From: Bacteroidota bacterium
GTDB taxonomy: Bacteria; Bacteroidota; Bacteroidia; B-17B0; Aurantibacillaceae
Assembly (NCBI GenBank): GCA_947450025.1
Contig: CANFTW010000001.1
Location: 244,672-308,671 of the forward strand
Reading direction: 5' to 3'
Length of the DNA stretch: 64,000 bases
The position numbers and the translations under genes were made by a program. Of this stretch, positions 60,448-64,000 are shown piece after piece. Position 1 is the stretch's first letter. Each line of letters begins with the position of its first letter. The notes beneath the pieces were generated by a model that had not been told where the DNA came from, searched no databases, and was given only the letters and a program-made list of their open reading frames with translations.

Positions 60448-61632
60448 ATGAAATTATATATATCAGGTCCAGCAAAAAAAATTAGTGATTTTGCGAAAAA
60501 TTTTGATTTTGAAAACCTAAGACCATACTACGATCATGAAGCTCCCGAAGCCATGAAACGAATGGTTTCTTATGACACCTACTATCAAGCCATGGCTTAC
60601 CTATGGCCTCAAATTAGTAAAGAAGAAGCTTTAGAAAAAGGACTTCAAACTAAGTCACCTTATGAATTTCAAACAAAATTTATGAGTGAAGCAATTTGGA
60701 AAATTGTTAATTCCACTTCGGATGGACTTACTTGGAGTGGATTAGATAAACTAGATAGAAATAAATCCTATTTATTTATTGCCAATCACCGAGATATTTT
60801 ATTGGATAGTGCCATTTTACAAATCATTTTGGACAAAGAAGATTTTGAAACTTCTGAAATTACGTTTGGTTCAAACCTCATGGAAAAAGGTTTTATCACT
60901 GATTTTGGAAGAATGAATAGGATGTTTACCGTAAAACGTGAAGGAACAGTTAAAGAATTATATGATATTTCTTGCCAATTAAGTGCCTATATACGTCACG
61001 TGATTGTGGATAAAAATACGAGCGTATGGATTGCTCAGCGAAATGGAAGAACAAAAGACGGCAATGATTTGACCCAAACAGGCCTATTAAAAATGCTCAA
61101 TATTAGTGGTCAAAAAAACTTTATTGAAAACTTTAAAGAATTAAACATTGTACCTCTCACCATTAGCTTTGAATATGAGCCATGTGATGATTTAAAAGTT
61201 CAAGAAGCATATTTATCATCATTACACACTAAATATGTAAAAGCCCCAGGAGAGGATTTAAACAGTATTTTAACGGGCATCAAACAACCTAAAGGAAAAA
61301 TACATTTAGCCTTTGGAAAACCTATTCAAGAAGAATTATTGATGATTGATAAAGCTCCCAATGATAATGAAAAAATAAAATTATTAGTTGCTTCTATTGA
61401 TAAACAAATCCATCTTAATTATAAATTAAACGCTGTTAACTACATTGCATATGATTTATTAAATGACACCAATGTTTTTGAAAATAATTATACCACTCTC
61501 GAAAAAGAAAATTTCATGGCCTACATGCATACTAAAACAAAAGATTTAAAAGGTGAGCCTGAAATTTTAAAAAATTTATTTATGACCTTGTATGCAAACT
61601 CCATAGTCAATAAATTACCTTCACTAAAATAA
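60448..61632 (+). CDS. PlsC-like glycerolipid acyltransferase
   Basis: NHRDILLD (HX4D), WIAQRNGRTKDGND and EYEPCD. Confidence 0.85.
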   Translation: MKLYISGPAKKISDFAKNFDFENLRPYYDHEAPEAMKRMVSYDTYYQAMAYLWPQISKEEALEKGLQTKSPYEFQTKFMSEAIWKIVNSTSDGLTWSGLDKLDRNKSYLFIANHRDILLDSAILQIILDKEDFETSEITFGSNLMEKGFITDFGRMNRMFTVKREGTVKELYDISCQLSAYIRHVIVDKNTSVWIAQRNGRTKDGNDLTQTGLLKMLNISGQKNFIENFKELNIVPLTISFEYEPCDDLKVQEAYLSSLHTKYVKAPGEDLNSILTGIKQPKGKIHLAFGKPIQEELLMIDKAPNDNEKIKLLVASIDKQIHLNYKLNAVNYIAYDLLNDTNVFENNYTTLEKENFMAYMHTKTKDLKGEPEILKNLFMTLYANSIVNKLPSLK

Positions 61633-62415
61633 AAGAAAACCAATTCTCAAAAATACATTAAACCTATTTAAGGCACGTACTCTCGATGCAGAAGTTTTAG
61701 CGACATAATCATATGGCGCCAATCCTTCTTCCGAGGTTCTATCTAAATCTGAAATAACATCAAATAATACTCTAGCTAAAGCAATCGCATTGGCATTAAA
61801 TCCATAATCAAGCACTACTCTATCGGTAATCATCCTTGTTCTTCCAAAACCAATCAGTAAATCAAATTTCACAAAAGACTGGTGAGTTAAGCCAAAATTA
61901 GAATAGTAATATTCTTTAGCCGTTCCAAAAGTTCCATAAGCTTCCTCTCTCACCAATACTTTCATAATCGATGGATCGTAATTTGCTTGAAAGGTATTTA
62001 ACGTTGCTCCAAACATAAAATAGCGTCCCCATGGCGCAACATAACCACTTTTAAATAATTTACCATATAAAAGATAATTAGTTCCTTTCATATTATAATA
62101 ACCTTGAGGATTACTATTTACCTGAGTAGGCACATAATTACCATAGATGCTAAAAATGCTGACGTTTCTCTGGTTTGCATAAATCGTTTTATAAAATCTT
62201 GTAGCAGCGCCTAATACAAATCGTTTGGAAGTGGCATATTCAACATATCCTTCGTGAATTTTATTGATGATATTTTCTCCTTGCGTACCAAAATAACCAG
62301 GACTCATATGAAATCCATATCCTGCAATCATTTTTTTACCCATGTATCCAGAATTTTGAGCATACAATCCTGAAACAAACAGTATCAATAATAAAATGAG
62401 TTTGTATTTATACAT
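61624..62415 (-). CDS. Putative outer-membrane beta-barrel protein (paralogue 2)
   Basis: Signal peptide, SGYMGK, YVAPWGRY and C-terminal NVFLRIGFLLF. Confidence 0.7.
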   Translation of the reverse strand: MYKYKLILLLILFVSGLYAQNSGYMGKKMIAGYGFHMSPGYFGTQGENIINKIHEGYVEYATSKRFVLGAATRFYKTIYANQRNVSIFSIYGNYVPTQVNSNPQGYYNMKGTNYLLYGKLFKSGYVAPWGRYFMFGATLNTFQANYDPSIMKVLVREEAYGTFGTAKEYYYSNFGLTHQSFVKFDLLIGFGRTRMITDRVVLDYGFNANAIALARVLFDVISDLDRTSEEGLAPYDYVAKTSASRVRALNRFNVFLRIGFLLF

Positions 62416-62420
62416 CGTGT

Positions 62421-63236
62421 TTAAAATAATAAAAAGCCAACTTTTAAAAACACATTAAATCGATTAATCCCTCTTACTCTTTTTCGATAAGTCTTTTCAA
62501 TATAATTTAAATTAGTTGGATTTTGAGATGAGAAATCTTCTCCATCTAATAAAACATCAAATACCCCAGCGAATACTGAAAACAACTGCAAATTAAATCC
62601 ATAATCAATCACTACTCTGTTCGCAATAATTCGACTTCTTCCGTACCCTAACATTAAATTAACACCTGTAAAACTCTGTTCCTTCGTTCCAAAATTTGAC
62701 ATCAACGTATCGGCATAATAATAGTTATTAGAGTTAGCTTGAAAATTCATTACTTTTGAATCATAGGATGTTTTCACCGTATTAATTGTTGGTCCAAACA
62801 TCACATATCGGCCCCAAGGAGCCACATAACGAGACCCATAATATTTAAAATATAACGAATATGTTAGTCCTCTAATATTATAAAATCCAGATGGTTTAAG
62901 ATAATTGGCTGAATAATTATTGTCATAATAATTCAAATACTTTCCATTATCATAAGCTGTTTTATAATACCTTGCCGAAAAGCATACCATCCATTTACTG
63001 GATGCTGCATATTCTAAAAAACCTTCGTGAATGGTATTAAATACAAAAGATCCAGTTGTTGCACTTCCACCAGTTCCAATAAGTGTTTCATTATTAGAGG
63101 TTGCTCCAAAAATTGCAGGGCTTGTATTAAATCCATATCCTAATAATAAACGTTTACCCATGTAACCAGAAGATTGGGCAAACATGTAACTGGACGTGAT
63201 AAATAATAAGATGATAATATGTTTAATCATGATCAA
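62421..63236 (-). CDS. Putative outer-membrane beta-barrel protein (paralogue 1)
   Basis: Signal peptide, SGYMGK, YVAPWGRY and C-terminal NVFLKVGFLLF. Confidence 0.7.
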   Translation of the reverse strand: MIMIKHIIILLFITSSYMFAQSSGYMGKRLLLGYGFNTSPAIFGATSNNETLIGTGGSATTGSFVFNTIHEGFLEYAASSKWMVCFSARYYKTAYDNGKYLNYYDNNYSANYLKPSGFYNIRGLTYSLYFKYYGSRYVAPWGRYVMFGPTINTVKTSYDSKVMNFQANSNNYYYADTLMSNFGTKEQSFTGVNLMLGYGRSRIIANRVVIDYGFNLQLFSVFAGVFDVLLDGEDFSSQNPTNLNYIEKTYRKRVRGINRFNVFLKVGFLLF

Positions 63237-63238
63237 GT

Positions 63239-64000
63239 TTATTTATTTGATTGTTTGAATTCGTAAATTGTTTGATAAACTTTAGCGTTTATCAAATCTC
63301 GTGAATCTTTTCCCTTGAATGATTCTTGTTTTTTATAGATGATTTCATTTAATTTTAAATCATATACAAACGCATAATAATACGTTCTCTTTCTACCAGA
63401 TTTAGATTTATAATTAACAATGCCAGTTTTAAAAACATACTGAGTATTATATTTTGAAATAATGTTTTCAATATCATTTGTATTAAGAATCGGATATCCA
63501 TCACTATGATCGCTATCAAATTTTTCAGCAAACCAATCATTAATCACTGCGTAATCATTCATCTTATCAACGTCATTTGCGTTTATAATATCAGGATCTA
63601 AGGTTACTAATTCAAACTTTTGTCGCTGAGCACAATCATTTACCGTAATTGCATACTTCTCTTGTTTTTCATCTGATGATAAATAACTAAATTCTTCTTT
63701 TTGTGACTCATCAATTTTTAAATAAAAAGGCTCCAATAATAATACCTTGTTAACTTTAGCTTCCGTTGAAACAAAAGCTCCTACTTTTTTAGGTTTTTTC
63801 TTTTTTGATGAATTTCCTTTTTTTAGACTGTAATCAGAAAATCCAGAAGTAGCATCATTATCAACAACTCCTGTGGAAGGGAATTTACCTGAAAATTCTT
63901 TATCGGTCATAAATAAATCCACATACATTTCTTTATAATAAGCCGTATCATATTTTTTAAAGTTATTTTCTTTTTGAATCGTTGCAATTAAATCGGTTTT
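63239..64000 (-). CDS. 3' part of a larger hypothetical protein (starts beyond the window)
   Basis: The frame of ORF 63239-63928 stays open to position 64000 (KTDLIATIQKENNFKKYDTAYYKEMYVD...). Confidence 0.75.
   Translation of the reverse strand, partial: KTDLIATIQKENNFKKYDTAYYKEMYVDLFMTDKEFSGKFPSTGVVDNDATSGFSDYSLKKGNSSKKKKPKKVGAFVSTEAKVNKVLLLEPFYLKIDESQKEEFSYLSSDEKQEKYAITVNDCAQRQKFELVTLDPDIINANDVDKMNDYAVINDWFAEKFDSDHSDGYPILNTNDIENIISKYNTQYVFKTGIVNYKSKSGRKRTYYYAFVYDLKLNEIIYKKQESFKGKDSRDLINAKVYQTIYEFKQSNK

Overview
AT-rich Bacteroidota chromosomal window. The phylum call rests on TAnnTTTG promoter boxes, the gldJ-murF and porU-porV type IX secretion genes, and T9SS cargo. Most of the window is housekeeping: amn, fsa, rsmG, ppk1-ppx, menG, mnmA, recA, murF, nadK, eno and a cruF-crtZ-crtY carotenoid trio. 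The standout is an accessory block at about 19.1-32.1 kb. A CbbR/CmpR-like LysR gene sits divergent from one long operon encoding an NADP isocitrate dehydrogenase, two small paralogues, a CutA/PII-like protein, a YceI-like protein, a Cys-rich DUF6671-like protein, a dihydroorotase, an SbtA-family bicarbonate transporter and a beta-barrel protein. The dihydroorotase appears to have its CO2-carbamylated lysine replaced by a TDDG (Asp) motif. Together this looks like a low-CO2 survival regulon in a probable heterotroph. Next to it is a TetR-controlled TolC system whose ABC membrane domain is fused to HlyD with no ATPase domain. A second oddity is a minimal GIY-YIG cassette at tRNA-Pro(TGG), bounded by a duplicated tRNA 3' end whose T-loop is replaced by a hairpin. 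An unannotated decayed beta-barrel pseudogene lies at 53.8-54.6 kb. All family calls come from motif recognition by eye; no searches were run.
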